A DNA stretch of 64,000 nucleotides. It comes from a virus. The stretch lies in the IMG/VR virus record IMGVR_UViG_3300044950_000375, positions 1 to 64,000 of that record; one strand, 5' to 3'. Within the stretch, counting starts at the first letter, position 1. The number at the start of each line of letters is the position of its first letter. Positions 49,395 through 59,323 of this stretch are shown here, piece by piece. Both the position numbers and the translations under genes were made by a program. Under the pieces are notes generated by a model, which saw only the letters and a program-made list of their open reading frames with translations, was not told the origin of the DNA and did no database searches.

Positions 49395-52300
49395 TAAATT
49401 ACTCCGCTACCAGGTGCAGTACGCAAATTAGTACTGGTCAATGCATCAATCACAACAATATTGTCAATGGTAGCGCCGTTAACAAATATTTCACTGGGTT
49501 CTGCTCTTACTTCGTACATGTCGCCAAAGTATTTTTGTGTGTCTAGTGGTACCAATACCACTGAACTGATTATGGTTCCAAGATATCTGTGCAGGTACGC
49601 CGCCAGTTCTGAAAAATAGAATGTATCGCCAAATCCCCATTTGTCAATGCTAAAATATTCATTCATAGCTGCCAACACAGAACTTTGTATTTCGCTAGTG
49701 CTGGCTGTGGAATTTTGAGCACGAATAACTTTGATTGTGGCTTGCAATGTTGTGGCTGCTTTAGGTCCAAACAATGGTTTAAACACTACAGAATTCAAAA
49801 TAATGTTGTCACTGATCATCTTGTATTCATTAAGTCCTTGATATTCTGTACTAAGCTCATCAATGGTTGGCACGTCAGGTTCTGTAACTGTTCCGGTGGT
49901 GTCTTTAATCCAATTTTGATAAGCAGTATAGTATGACTGTGTTACAACATACAAGTCAATAATATTAGTGGTGCCAGGATCAATTCTATTGGTCAATGGT
50001 GAGTTGTGACGATATTGGAAGTACAATGCTTGTCGTCCTGTTCTAGCAATCCAATCGCCTTCTGCTGCTTGCGTGATAACTCTCACTCCGGCAGTATTAA
50101 CAGTCAATGTAAAAAATAATTCATCGGTGTAGGCATAGAAAACTTGCCCAGGTGAGTATTGAAACTTTACCAGTTCAATATTATCATACGTAGGATAGTC
50201 TGAATTGACCACTCCAGGTTCTACCAGCAAATATCGTTGCAAATTATCAAAGTCTACAGTTTGTTGCAAGAATATAAGTTTAAGGTTGGGATTAACTGTT
50301 GGTGCAACAATTTCATTGAAGAAATCTGGATTGTCTGGCACGCCATCAGAGTCAGAATCTCTATAGCTGATCAACACCTGAAAGTCATCAACATAGCCAT
50401 CAGACTGTACAGGCTGTCCAGTGATTGTGGTATAGATATCTCCAGGCAGCGGTGATGAGCTGTCTGGTTTGGTGTTTACTGCCAGCACGTTAATAAAATC
50501 TTTAATGGTGGTGCCTGTGCGGCTGTCGTAAATCTTTTGATTTCCGTAAAAAAAGAATCTTGTTTGCAGTACTGATCCAAAGTAATAAGCAAGTCCTCGA
50601 AATGTGATTGTGTATTTGTTGTCCACCGCCACAAACTGTGCCATCCAACTTGCATCTAAATTGTTTCCTGATGTGTTACCTGCATACGCTTGACTCCAAG
50701 TAGCATCAGCATCTAGATTGGTACTGGTAATAACATACCAAGTCCCGGCAGTGCCTGTAATGGCACCATTGTTATCATAGCCAAGACCAAAATTTCTGTA
50801 CAACAAAATTTGTTGTGTCATTTGTTCTCTAATAGACGGAGTCAAATCTGTAAGGAATACAGGAATAATACTGTCCACTACAGCACCTGTAGGCACAAAG
50901 TTATTGAGTGCAATAGGGCCTTGGCCATTGGTTAAATTACCAATGCCGTTATTACTGCCGTCACCTACTATGGCAAGTGGACTGGCCCAAATTTCCAAAT
51001 GGTCTTCGGGTCTAGTTGGCAGTCCTTGTTTCAATCTATTGTTTGCATCAAAGTAATACGGTTGTCCATTAATAACTGGAGGTATGAATTTAATTAAACT
51101 TTTTTGCACCACATACTTGAATGCAGTACTGCTAGAAGTTCCAACCATAACTGGTTCACCCAATGCATTTTGAAAATACCCTGTGGTTTCGTTAGCCAGT
51201 GTTGTGCTTTGATTCCAAGTGCTTAGAGCAGTAACACCAGTGTTTACAGGTATTCTTGGAAAGTTTGCATAGTAAAACTGTTTGAATGTGGTATCGATGA
51301 TAGCAGGCTGTACTTGGTTGGCAATGAGGTCAGCAATCTCATTGCGATTGATCCAACTAAACAAAATACTAGGAAGAACATTGTATTCCCACATAGCCCC
51401 GTCACTGGAAAATGTGTTGGTAGACGAATACTTGCCTGTGTTGTCCACAAGATCAAGATACCGACTAGTGCCAATACTAGCACGGTTTACTGCTTTTGAT
51501 TTGATAATAGAATTGTAAAGAGTAAACGGAAACAAGTTATAGTCTTCACCGTTGACCATGCGATTCTGTGTGTAGTATCTTGCTGGAGCACGTTGCTTGA
51601 TAGCATCAATGCTTTCACGACTTTGAGCATTGCTTACAGGTTGTGTGATACCACAAGTAAAAGTAATTGTTTGCAGATTACCATTCCGGTCAATGTAACT
51701 GATGGGCAATACTACATTCTGCATTTCGGCAGGATTGATAATGTATTGAAGGCCATTACTTGCACGAACATATGCACGGAAAATGCCCACTGGTATTTCT
51801 GAGAACACGCCATCACCAAACACCATAGTAATCTGATCATTGGTTCTGCTGGTCACAGAAAATATTGGTCTTAGTGTTGCAGTTTGTTCCGCAGCAGCTG
51901 AGTAAATGTTGTCAGTAAATGCCCACTCTCGACTGATGCTACCCACATTATCTAATTGGAATAGCCAACGATCTTCGTTGTTAACACCATCAATGTTGAT
52001 GTTTACTGTGCGATTGGCAATACGTTCAGCCAAGTTAAAATCTTGATTTTGCAATGTGCCTTGTTTGAAAAAGAAGAAAAATCCATTGTTAGCACTTTGG
52101 TATCCTAACTTATCATTACGATACAATATATTGAATGTGGCATTGGGTTTTGGACTTGGTTCATAAATGTAGTCTCGACCAGCTGTGGACGACGTTGTGG
52201 CTTCAAACGGCATGTTTACTCCATCCACTGTGGCAGTGTACGGAATTACTGGCAAGAATCCTGGCACTAAGTTAATGCCATATTCATTGGTATCTACACC

Positions 52301-52840
52301 CAAAATGGTTTGACGATTAGCAGGACGTCCAATTTTTTGACTGCTGACCAAGGACGAATTCACAATAGCATTCCACTGTTCCAACCAATCAAAGTTTGTG
52401 GGATCGGCCCAATTAACTGTGACATTGGCCAAGTTAACACCGTTGTAATCCACAACATTTTCTGTTGTGGTCACTGAGAATGCTTTGAGCAGGCCCTGGG
52501 CGGCTGTGTTACGTTTGGCTGTATAGCTAACAAGATTGGCCAATCGTGTGACTGAATCTCTGCGTTCTGCTGTGTCTAAGTAATTTTCTCTTGTGTTAAG
52601 GTCTGTGCGGAAGGCAAGTGCCTGGCCCATAAACGCAATAACATCTAATAGCGCAATATATTCAGATGACTCAATGTAGTCGTTGAATGTTTCTGGATAG
52701 TACAAACGCAGGTAATCGGTGAAACTCTTGCGTAGAGTTTCAAAGTCGTAGCTTTGAAAATCTGCTTCGCGATAGGTTTGATAGATTTGTTTCCAATCTT
52801 CTACACCAAATATCGCTGTTTGTCTAGTGGTTTTTGCCAT
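49394..52840 (-). CDS. baseplate wedge protein, T4 gp6-like
   Basis: DFQSYDFETLRK, ENYLDTAERRDSVTRLA..VSY, ESIDAIKQRAP..YTQNRMVNGEDY. Confidence 0.85.
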   Translation of the reverse strand: MAKTTRQTAIFGVEDWKQIYQTYREADFQSYDFETLRKSFTDYLRLYYPETFNDYIESSEYIALLDVIAFMGQALAFRTDLNTRENYLDTAERRDSVTRLANLVSYTAKRNTAAQGLLKAFSVTTTENVVDYNGVNLANVTVNWADPTNFDWLEQWNAIVNSSLVSSQKIGRPANRQTILGVDTNEYGINLVPGFLPVIPYTATVDGVNMPFEATTSSTAGRDYIYEPSPKPNATFNILYRNDKLGYQSANNGFFFFFKQGTLQNQDFNLAERIANRTVNINIDGVNNEDRWLFQLDNVGSISREWAFTDNIYSAAAEQTATLRPIFSVTSRTNDQITMVFGDGVFSEIPVGIFRAYVRASNGLQYIINPAEMQNVVLPISYIDRNGNLQTITFTCGITQPVSNAQSRESIDAIKQRAPARYYTQNRMVNGEDYNLFPFTLYNSIIKSKAVNRASIGTSRYLDLVDNTGKYSSTNTFSSDGAMWEYNVLPSILFSWINRNEIADLIANQVQPAIIDTTFKQFYYANFPRIPVNTGVTALSTWNQSTTLANETTGYFQNALGEPVMVGTSSSTAFKYVVQKSLIKFIPPVINGQPYYFDANNRLKQGLPTRPEDHLEIWASPLAIVGDGSNNGIGNLTNGQGPIALNNFVPTGAVVDSIIPVFLTDLTPSIREQMTQQILLYRNFGLGYDNNGAITGTAGTWYVITSTNLDADATWSQAYAGNTSGNNLDASWMAQFVAVDNKYTITFRGLAYYFGSVLQTRFFFYGNQKIYDSRTGTTIKDFINVLAVNTKPDSSSPLPGDIYTTITGQPVQSDGYVDDFQVLISYRDSDSDGVPDNPDFFNEIVAPTVNPNLKLIFLQQTVDFDNLQRYLLVEPGVVNSDYPTYDNIELVKFQYSPGQVFYAYTDELFFTLTVNTAGVRVITQAAEGDWIARTGRQALYFQYRHNSPLTNRIDPGTTNIIDLYVVTQSYYTAYQNWIKDTTGTVTEPDVPTIDELSTEYQGLNEYKMISDNIILNSVVFKPLFGPKAATTLQATIKVIRAQNSTASTSEIQSSVLAAMNEYFSIDKWGFGDTFYFSELAAYLHRYLGTIISSVVLVPLDTQKYFGDMYEVRAEPSEIFVNGATIDNIVVIDALTSTNLRTAPGSGVI

Positions 52841-52869
52841 TGCGTCTGGGCCTTGTGTTCTTTATCTGT

Positions 52870-52898
52870 TATTTATACGGATAAAAAACGGCGTAGTT
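52870..52898 (-). promoter_or_regulatory. late promoter TATAAATA with upstream AACTACGCCG element
   Basis: Minus strand AACTACGCCG-N13-TAAATA; same architecture as 61362-61390. Confidence 0.7.
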
Positions 52899-53271
52899 AT
52901 ACATAGCTAGCCGACCGGCTGACTTGATTGAAGAATACGTTTAGTATTTCAGCATTGACTCCACCTACAGTTTGAATTTCTAATTCAATCAGCATGCCAT
53001 TTTCTTGTGGGTACACATTGATGTTGCTGATGAATACTCTAGGATCGCCGCCTGCCACTCGTTGCACTTCATTAATAATACCTTGTTGAACAGCATCAAC
53101 TTGATTTTCAAACAGATAATTCCACAACACTGTGCCATACTCTGGACGGCCAGGCAGTTGACCTTGGCGAATGTTAAACGCATTCAAGAGATCGCGTTTG
53201 ACCAATTCAAAATCTACTAGCGTGAATTTTTTGTATTGATTCTGTGTGTTAAAGCCAACAAAGGTAGTCAT
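52897..53271 (-). CDS. baseplate wedge subunit, T4 gp25-like
   Basis: LVKRDLLNAFNIRQGQLPGRPEYGTVLWNYLFE...DPRV (GPW/gp25 pattern). TAAATA lies 5 nt upstream of the ATG. Confidence 0.85.
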   Translation of the reverse strand: MTTFVGFNTQNQYKKFTLVDFELVKRDLLNAFNIRQGQLPGRPEYGTVLWNYLFENQVDAVQQGIINEVQRVAGGDPRVFISNINVYPQENGMLIELEIQTVGGVNAEILNVFFNQVSRSASYV

Positions 53272-53279
53272 AGCAATAT

Positions 53280-54659
53280 TTATGCGGTGGGATTAGGCCT
53301 TGGATAGCCTATTGCAGTGAGACTTGGCAGACCACGACGTAGTCGTTCGGCATTCACCCGATCCCACACTATCTCGTCATTTCCAGTGTAAATTAAATCC
53401 TCATCTTTGGTATTGGAATAAGCACTAGATTCTATGGCTACTGGCAAAATACTAGGCACTTTGGCATTACCCACAATGCGTTTAGCGGCTGCTTCAAGTG
53501 TGTCTGTATTTACAGTATCAATAGCAGCTATAGGTGTGTACTCCTGAAGCATGGACGGGTCTATTTTAGTTTGCGCCAAATTTACAGCAAACGCACCATT
53601 AACTGCGGCAGCATCAAATTTGGATTTGATGTCAGCCGATAACCCAGGAGTATTTTTGGCCCAATTTAGTGTGTCAGGCACACTCTTTGCAGCATTGGTG
53701 GCCAGACCGCTAAGTGCTTGTGGTGTAAGTTTGTCTGTGGGAATTCCCAGTGATTTTAAGTCAGCCACACCCGAAGTCATCAATCCTTGCTGAATTTTGT
53801 TTTGAAGTCCTTCATTGCCCAGCAACCCATCGAGACTTTTTACACCATCTCTGCCAGTCCACACTGTGGGACTTTTTAACACACTGGTAAGATTACTACT
53901 GCCTTGTGCCAAAAATGTAGCAGCAGTTCCTGGTTTAACAAGACCCCATCGTTCAAGTTGACTGGCATCAAGTCCAAATTTACCTGCACCTGCTGTGTTA
54001 CTAATAGTGTCTGCACTTTGACCTACCAACTTTGACGCTTGAGCCAATGTGCTTGTTACATCGGGTAAACTCATGCTACCAAGTCCAGTTAATGCTGGTC
54101 CTTGTTTAGCAAAGTCTGCCACATTGATACCACTTGTAGGAGTTCCTTTAATCAATCCAGATATGGTACCAACTGCGGTGCTAGCCAAACTGCCTACTCG
54201 TGCAGCAGCACCAGTTAACGCACCTGTGATGGCTGATGTTGAAGGTAATGAAAATCCGGCGCCTGCGCCAGCCAATGATGCGCTGATAGCAGCAGTGCTT
54301 CCACCTGCTCCAGTAGTTAATGAATTGAATGCAGCCGCGCCACCTTGTAGTGCGCTGGCCACTTGTGTGCCTGCACCTTGCCCTAGTGCGCCTATACTGG
54401 CTGTGAGACTGTTCAGATTCGTACCTGCAGGTAATTTGCTAGATAATGATGCCAGTCCTTGTGTGAGCTGACTTTGTGCGGCTGCTAGGCCGCCAGCTGC
54501 TTGTGTGTCAGGACTTAATACATCACCAACTCTAAATCCTGTGAGGCCACCGCTGGCTGTTTGTTGATCAAACACCGCCTTTGCCTGCTCAAATGTAGCG
54601 CCAGTTGGAGCTTTAATTTCAAACTTTTGGCCGTTGAATTCAAAATTAAATGTGCTCAT
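53280..54659 (-). CDS. baseplate-associated protein, A/G/S-rich, possible lysozyme-like domain
   Basis: Located between the gp5-like and gp25-like genes; central GKFG..QLE..G.VK...WTG.DGV.S motif. Confidence 0.55.
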   Translation of the reverse strand: MSTFNFEFNGQKFEIKAPTGATFEQAKAVFDQQTASGGLTGFRVGDVLSPDTQAAGGLAAAQSQLTQGLASLSSKLPAGTNLNSLTASIGALGQGAGTQVASALQGGAAAFNSLTTGAGGSTAAISASLAGAGAGFSLPSTSAITGALTGAAARVGSLASTAVGTISGLIKGTPTSGINVADFAKQGPALTGLGSMSLPDVTSTLAQASKLVGQSADTISNTAGAGKFGLDASQLERWGLVKPGTAATFLAQGSSNLTSVLKSPTVWTGRDGVKSLDGLLGNEGLQNKIQQGLMTSGVADLKSLGIPTDKLTPQALSGLATNAAKSVPDTLNWAKNTPGLSADIKSKFDAAAVNGAFAVNLAQTKIDPSMLQEYTPIAAIDTVNTDTLEAAAKRIVGNAKVPSILPVAIESSAYSNTKDEDLIYTGNDEIVWDRVNAERLRRGLPSLTAIGYPRPNPTA

Positions 54660-56170
54660 GCTTTTCTTGTAAATTCAAATCCAGCAGGAACAGGCACAGC
54701 ACCTGGATTTGGTGGCGGTTGTCCTGCTTCTAACGGAATTTCAATATCTACACCTTTGTTGTGATAGGGATATGGCTCGTGTGTGGGTGCTCGCGTCACA
54801 ATACTGTCTAGTCCATCTGTTTTGACCGTCCATCCAGTGGCGCTACTAAATGTAGTGTCATCTAAAATAGTTGTGGTCAAGTTATTGGGCGCTGACACTG
54901 AGTCAGCTGCTGGTCCGTTGAGATCAATACCGCCTGCGGTAAATTTTAATGCACTGCCACCGTTCCAACTTCCACTAGCACTTTGTAATGCCAAACTGCC
55001 GTCGGCCTTTATACCAATGTAATTTTTGCTGTATAGTTTTAAATTTTGTTGTGCAATAGCTGTAAGGTCTGCATCAGCTTGTAATGTAATATCTTCTGCA
55101 GCCTTGGCTTTGATACTGCCGCCGGCATACATGTTGATGTCTCTATCAGCATGCAAGTTAATGTCACCACGTGTGCGCAAGTTGATTGAGTTTGTGGCAT
55201 ACACATCTAGCGTGCCTTGAGCGCCAAGTTCAAACCAGGCTAAGCCATTGGCATGAGTGATGTAAAAGAAGTCTCCGCTATCACTCATTGTGATTTGATG
55301 ACCAGCTGTGGTTCTAAATCTTATCAGTCTAGTATTGCCATCAGTATCACCGTCATCCATCACAATACTATGACCACCTACACGTCCGATAACATTGAGA
55401 TCTTGAGGTTTCAATTGTCCAGTTTGAACTTTTCGTTGTATTTCTCCCAGTTTCATGCCACCTTTATAAACCGCTGGTCCAGGCGTGCTGACACCAAACA
55501 CAGCACTGGGACTTTCTCTCTGGCTTGAACTTGATATAGGACCACGTTGTGGATCTTTAATCAAGCCTTGACGAAACATGGTTTCTGAAACTACACTTTG
55601 AATAGGTTTAGGAGCATCAAAAAATCTAGCGTTTTCTTCAAGAGCAAGATTGTTGGTGTTGATTTCAACTACTGGTAATTGTGATGCTCCTTTAAAATAC
55701 GCTGCTTGATTTTCATTTTCTGCAATCACCTGAGTGGCAACTGGTGCGGCGCCAATGGCAGGAACCATGTGTCCAATGCTCTGATCCGGTGCAGTGCCGA
55801 TATAAAACCCTTGACTGCGGTCTCCATTCACAAAAACACACAGCACTGTGATTCCTACATCTGGTGGTGTAAACCACATGCCATAGCTGTTGGAATTGCC
55901 ATCAATGTATTTTCCCACGCCCGTTGCCGCAGGGTTGTAGGGAGTTGATCCAAAGAACTGCGGCATGTAGCTTACTGTGATCCATTTTGAAGGATCATTT
56001 TCGTTGCCGTTGGAGAATGCATCAATGTAAACTTGTATGCGACCTGATCTTATTGAATCTGTGGTGTTTTTTACCACGCCATAGAATGGTCCAAACTCCG
56101 CAGGTACACCTCCGCGATCAAACTTGTAGTTTGTGGGGCGTCCTCTACTGCGTTGTACTTCTGTTGCCAT
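54656..56170 (-). CDS. baseplate hub/central spike, gp5/VgrG-like
   Basis: OB-fold DSIRSGRIQVYI...YGMWFTPPDVG.VLC.F; beta-helix region RTTAGHQITMSD...DINLHADRDINM; terminal PTHEPY. Confidence 0.8.
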   Translation of the reverse strand: MATEVQRSRGRPTNYKFDRGGVPAEFGPFYGVVKNTTDSIRSGRIQVYIDAFSNGNENDPSKWITVSYMPQFFGSTPYNPAATGVGKYIDGNSNSYGMWFTPPDVGITVLCVFVNGDRSQGFYIGTAPDQSIGHMVPAIGAAPVATQVIAENENQAAYFKGASQLPVVEINTNNLALEENARFFDAPKPIQSVVSETMFRQGLIKDPQRGPISSSSQRESPSAVFGVSTPGPAVYKGGMKLGEIQRKVQTGQLKPQDLNVIGRVGGHSIVMDDGDTDGNTRLIRFRTTAGHQITMSDSGDFFYITHANGLAWFELGAQGTLDVYATNSINLRTRGDINLHADRDINMYAGGSIKAKAAEDITLQADADLTAIAQQNLKLYSKNYIGIKADGSLALQSASGSWNGGSALKFTAGGIDLNGPAADSVSAPNNLTTTILDDTTFSSATGWTVKTDGLDSIVTRAPTHEPYPYHNKGVDIEIPLEAGQPPPNPGAVPVPAGFEFTRKA

Positions 56171-56179
56171 GTGTTATCC

Positions 56180-59017
56180 TTAAAAGTCTCTTACTATATC
56201 TTGTGGTCCAGATGGTGAGTTGCCAAGTCCATCTGCAGAAATTCTGCCGGACAGCGTACCTGGTGGTACAAATGGGTCTCCTACATTTAAATTCTCTCCG
56301 GAGCCCGATGTTGGTGGCTGTGGTGGTGGTGCAGGAACTACTGTGTCTTTTGGTCCCGGCGGCGCCGAATTTATTACATTTGGTGTGCCGCTACCCGGAC
56401 CAGCACTTAACGCTGGCACAGCTAGTGTTGTGGGTCTTCCACTTGCGCCCGCGGCAGCTGCGGATGCATTTGTATGACTAGGATTGTCAGACGTGGTTGC
56501 ATTGTCTATTCTTCTTACATCAGCTTGAGTTGCCGGTGGTGGTGCTGTCATTGCTTTATTAGAAGCATTGGGCTTCATAAAGAAATACAACTTGCCTTGT
56601 ATGTTCTGATAGAAACTACCTTTACTAAACTCACTAGTGCATTGCATAGCAGTATATACTCGGCTCTGCACTGGTTGTCGTTTGCTAGATCCAGCATACG
56701 GATCAGCTAACCCAGTATTGATATCATAGTCTTGTGGCCGCTGCCAGGCTATCTCAAACATGACTTCTCTGGCATCAAAATTAATAGTGCCGTCAGGTAA
56801 GAATGCGTTAAAATCAAATTCTTTTGCGCTGACTCCACCCGCAAAACTTCCTTGCTGTATCCAGGCAGGATCACCTACAATTTTAATATTACAATTGGCC
56901 AGACCTACTGGATCATACAAACTTTCAGCCAAATTGGCTTGTGGTTCGTTTTGTTTGCCATTATCACCAGCACTGTTTTCCGTGCTGGCTGTTTGAAAAT
57001 TGTAAAAGGGTTGATCTCTCATGCTACTGGTAAAGGCCTTGCGTTGCTGAAACGCAAGGTTGCCTTTGGTCTGATCTCCACTAATAGTCAAATTGTAGAG
57101 ATTGTTCATGGTTTCTTTGTAATCAATCACAGAGGTATTTTGACCAGTAAACCAATAGTTGTATTGTTTATGTAATCCACGAAACTTGTTGATAGGATAA
57201 TAACTGCTGTTAAAGTTCATAGGAGTGTATGTGTTGATTACAAAAGTTATCTTTTGTGCAAAGTCATTGCGTTTGTTATCATAGTCTAATTGTATTGCTT
57301 GAAAAGTAATATTGAACCACACAATGTCTTTTTTGTTAATATTGTCTTTGACTTGTAATGCATCATTTTCGTCAAAAAACAAAACATTTTGGCCTGTAAC
57401 AAATGTACTGTTTCTTATGGCAAGTTCAATGGCCTGAACCAATTGCATGCCAGCAGTGATAGCATAATTTCTACTTTTGATATCCTTGTAAATTCTCTCC
57501 ATGTCTGCTGAGTCTGGACTGGTAGTAACAGGCGGAGCTGTTCCAGACTGCTTTGCATTAGTTTTTGCCCCTGGTGGGATCAATCTAGCATTTTTAATTG
57601 CGGTTCCGCCACCGCCTGGACCAGGATTAGCAAACACAATCTCATATTGATCTGCTTTTTCATACACACCTTCGTCTACTAAGTTTTTTTGGAATTGATT
57701 CATTGCACCCATAAGGCCTTGGACAATGCTGGTTTTTTTTGTCGTGGGAGCTGCGTCAGCTTTTGGCGGTGGTGCTGCATCCTCGCCAAATTCTCCTTGC
57801 AATACAGGATTCACAAAAGTAGTAGTAGCGGTACCCGGAGTGGCTGTAGCTGCTTGAGTAGCAGAGTACACTACATCTTGCCCCAATAAGTCGCCAATGG
57901 TAGATGCAGTTAATTCAATATTGTAAGGTATGGTTCCACGACGAGTTCCAGCAGCAGATCCTTCGCCAGGCGCAAGTCCTTCAAAACTGTAGGTGACTAA
58001 TTTGCTGTCAATAGTCCAGTCGCATTTGGAAATTTTAAATGGCACAAATTTTTCAATCACTGAATTGGGATCAGACTTGTTACCGCTAATGTTAGTGACC
58101 AAATTGCCTTGCTCGTCGTATCCGTAAAATCTTATTACCATGAGATACACTACAGAAGAATAGTTGATGCCATTTTTTTGACCACTAGCAGGCATAAAGT
58201 CTTGTACTGCTTCATATAGTCTATCTAGCAAAGTAATACCGTTGTTTTCTACAACAGTAAATTTTATATTTTTGACTGAGTGTGGTGCTCTAGTACCGCC
58301 ACCTGTGAGAAAGTTTTCAATGGTAACATTGTCAATATAAAAATCCAAAGGAAAAGCTGGGTTGCGACCAGCGTCAGCATCCTTGGCACCTGGAATCTTA
58401 ACAGCCTCAACTGATCCATCAGGATATGCTTGTGGTTGTTGGGTGCCTTTTGCGCCTTGAAACCCGCCTGAATTTTGTGGAGCACCACCGCTTTGCACCA
58501 GCAACATATAACCATTCACTGTTTTTTTCTTGCTGAATACCAACTGCTTGTATTGTGCCGGTGTCATGAGATACCAACTGGCTCTATAGGTGTAGCTGGA
58601 AAAACGGTCTAAAACATTGGCTTGAGGTGTTATTACTTGATTGCTGCCATCAGTAGATATGGTTCCAGTTTGTGTTCTTTGTTGAAGTAATGCTTGATTT
58701 AACGCATCATTTTCTTCTTGACTGGCACCACCATATGATGATCCAGCATCATCACTTAAGGCTTGTTCAACATTTGTGCCTGCTCCACCTGTTGCATCAT
58801 CATACTGACCAACACCAGTACTGGTAGGAGGAATAGCTCCTTGGCCAACTCCGCCAGTGTCATCGTTGGCACTGGGGTCTTGTCTGACGCTGCCTTCAAA
58901 TCCAGTTTCATAATCCGACGTTGACTGTGTTTGTGTAAATGATCGTGTGGCTGCGTTGGTGCCTTGATCGCCGTCACCTGCATTAGTAGTAGGAGTAGTT
59001 TCTGGGAGGGTGGCCAT
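56180..59017 (-). CDS. baseplate hub protein (gp27/tail-hub-like)
   Basis: 945 aa, upstream of the gp5-like gene; NVLDRFSSYTY, IKIVGDPAWI, SEFSKGSFYQ motifs. Confidence 0.6.
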   Translation of the reverse strand: MATLPETTPTTNAGDGDQGTNAATRSFTQTQSTSDYETGFEGSVRQDPSANDDTGGVGQGAIPPTSTGVGQYDDATGGAGTNVEQALSDDAGSSYGGASQEENDALNQALLQQRTQTGTISTDGSNQVITPQANVLDRFSSYTYRASWYLMTPAQYKQLVFSKKKTVNGYMLLVQSGGAPQNSGGFQGAKGTQQPQAYPDGSVEAVKIPGAKDADAGRNPAFPLDFYIDNVTIENFLTGGGTRAPHSVKNIKFTVVENNGITLLDRLYEAVQDFMPASGQKNGINYSSVVYLMVIRFYGYDEQGNLVTNISGNKSDPNSVIEKFVPFKISKCDWTIDSKLVTYSFEGLAPGEGSAAGTRRGTIPYNIELTASTIGDLLGQDVVYSATQAATATPGTATTTFVNPVLQGEFGEDAAPPPKADAAPTTKKTSIVQGLMGAMNQFQKNLVDEGVYEKADQYEIVFANPGPGGGGTAIKNARLIPPGAKTNAKQSGTAPPVTTSPDSADMERIYKDIKSRNYAITAGMQLVQAIELAIRNSTFVTGQNVLFFDENDALQVKDNINKKDIVWFNITFQAIQLDYDNKRNDFAQKITFVINTYTPMNFNSSYYPINKFRGLHKQYNYWFTGQNTSVIDYKETMNNLYNLTISGDQTKGNLAFQQRKAFTSSMRDQPFYNFQTASTENSAGDNGKQNEPQANLAESLYDPVGLANCNIKIVGDPAWIQQGSFAGGVSAKEFDFNAFLPDGTINFDAREVMFEIAWQRPQDYDINTGLADPYAGSSKRQPVQSRVYTAMQCTSEFSKGSFYQNIQGKLYFFMKPNASNKAMTAPPPATQADVRRIDNATTSDNPSHTNASAAAAGASGRPTTLAVPALSAGPGSGTPNVINSAPPGPKDTVVPAPPPQPPTSGSGENLNVGDPFVPPGTLSGRISADGLGNSPSGPQDIVRDF

Positions 59018-59020
59018 AGG

Positions 59021-59323
59021 TTAGAACCCCAGTGTTGATCGCAATGTGGTGATCTTTGGAATGTAAATTCTAGTGTCTGCTTTGAAGTCTAGTGGAGGTG
59101 CCGTGAGTGTGTTGGGATTGCGTTGGTAAAACGTCCACCAAAGTCCAGCATCGCCATACAAGTCATACGCAAGCAAGTCTGGACGATACTGATAGGTGAC
59201 ATTTATGATCCACAGCTTGTCATCGCTTTCTTTGGGTATGGGTCTGTTGACCATCACATCCAAATAAAACTGATTGTAGCCAGTTTGAAAGTATGGACTG
59301 GTACTTGTGTAAGTTGCAGCCAT
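59021..59323 (-). CDS. baseplate wedge protein, gp53/LysM-like
   Basis: YQYRPDLLAYDLYGDAGLWWTF..RN...IYIP. Confidence 0.8.
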   Translation of the reverse strand: MAATYTSTSPYFQTGYNQFYLDVMVNRPIPKESDDKLWIINVTYQYRPDLLAYDLYGDAGLWWTFYQRNPNTLTAPPLDFKADTRIYIPKITTLRSTLGF

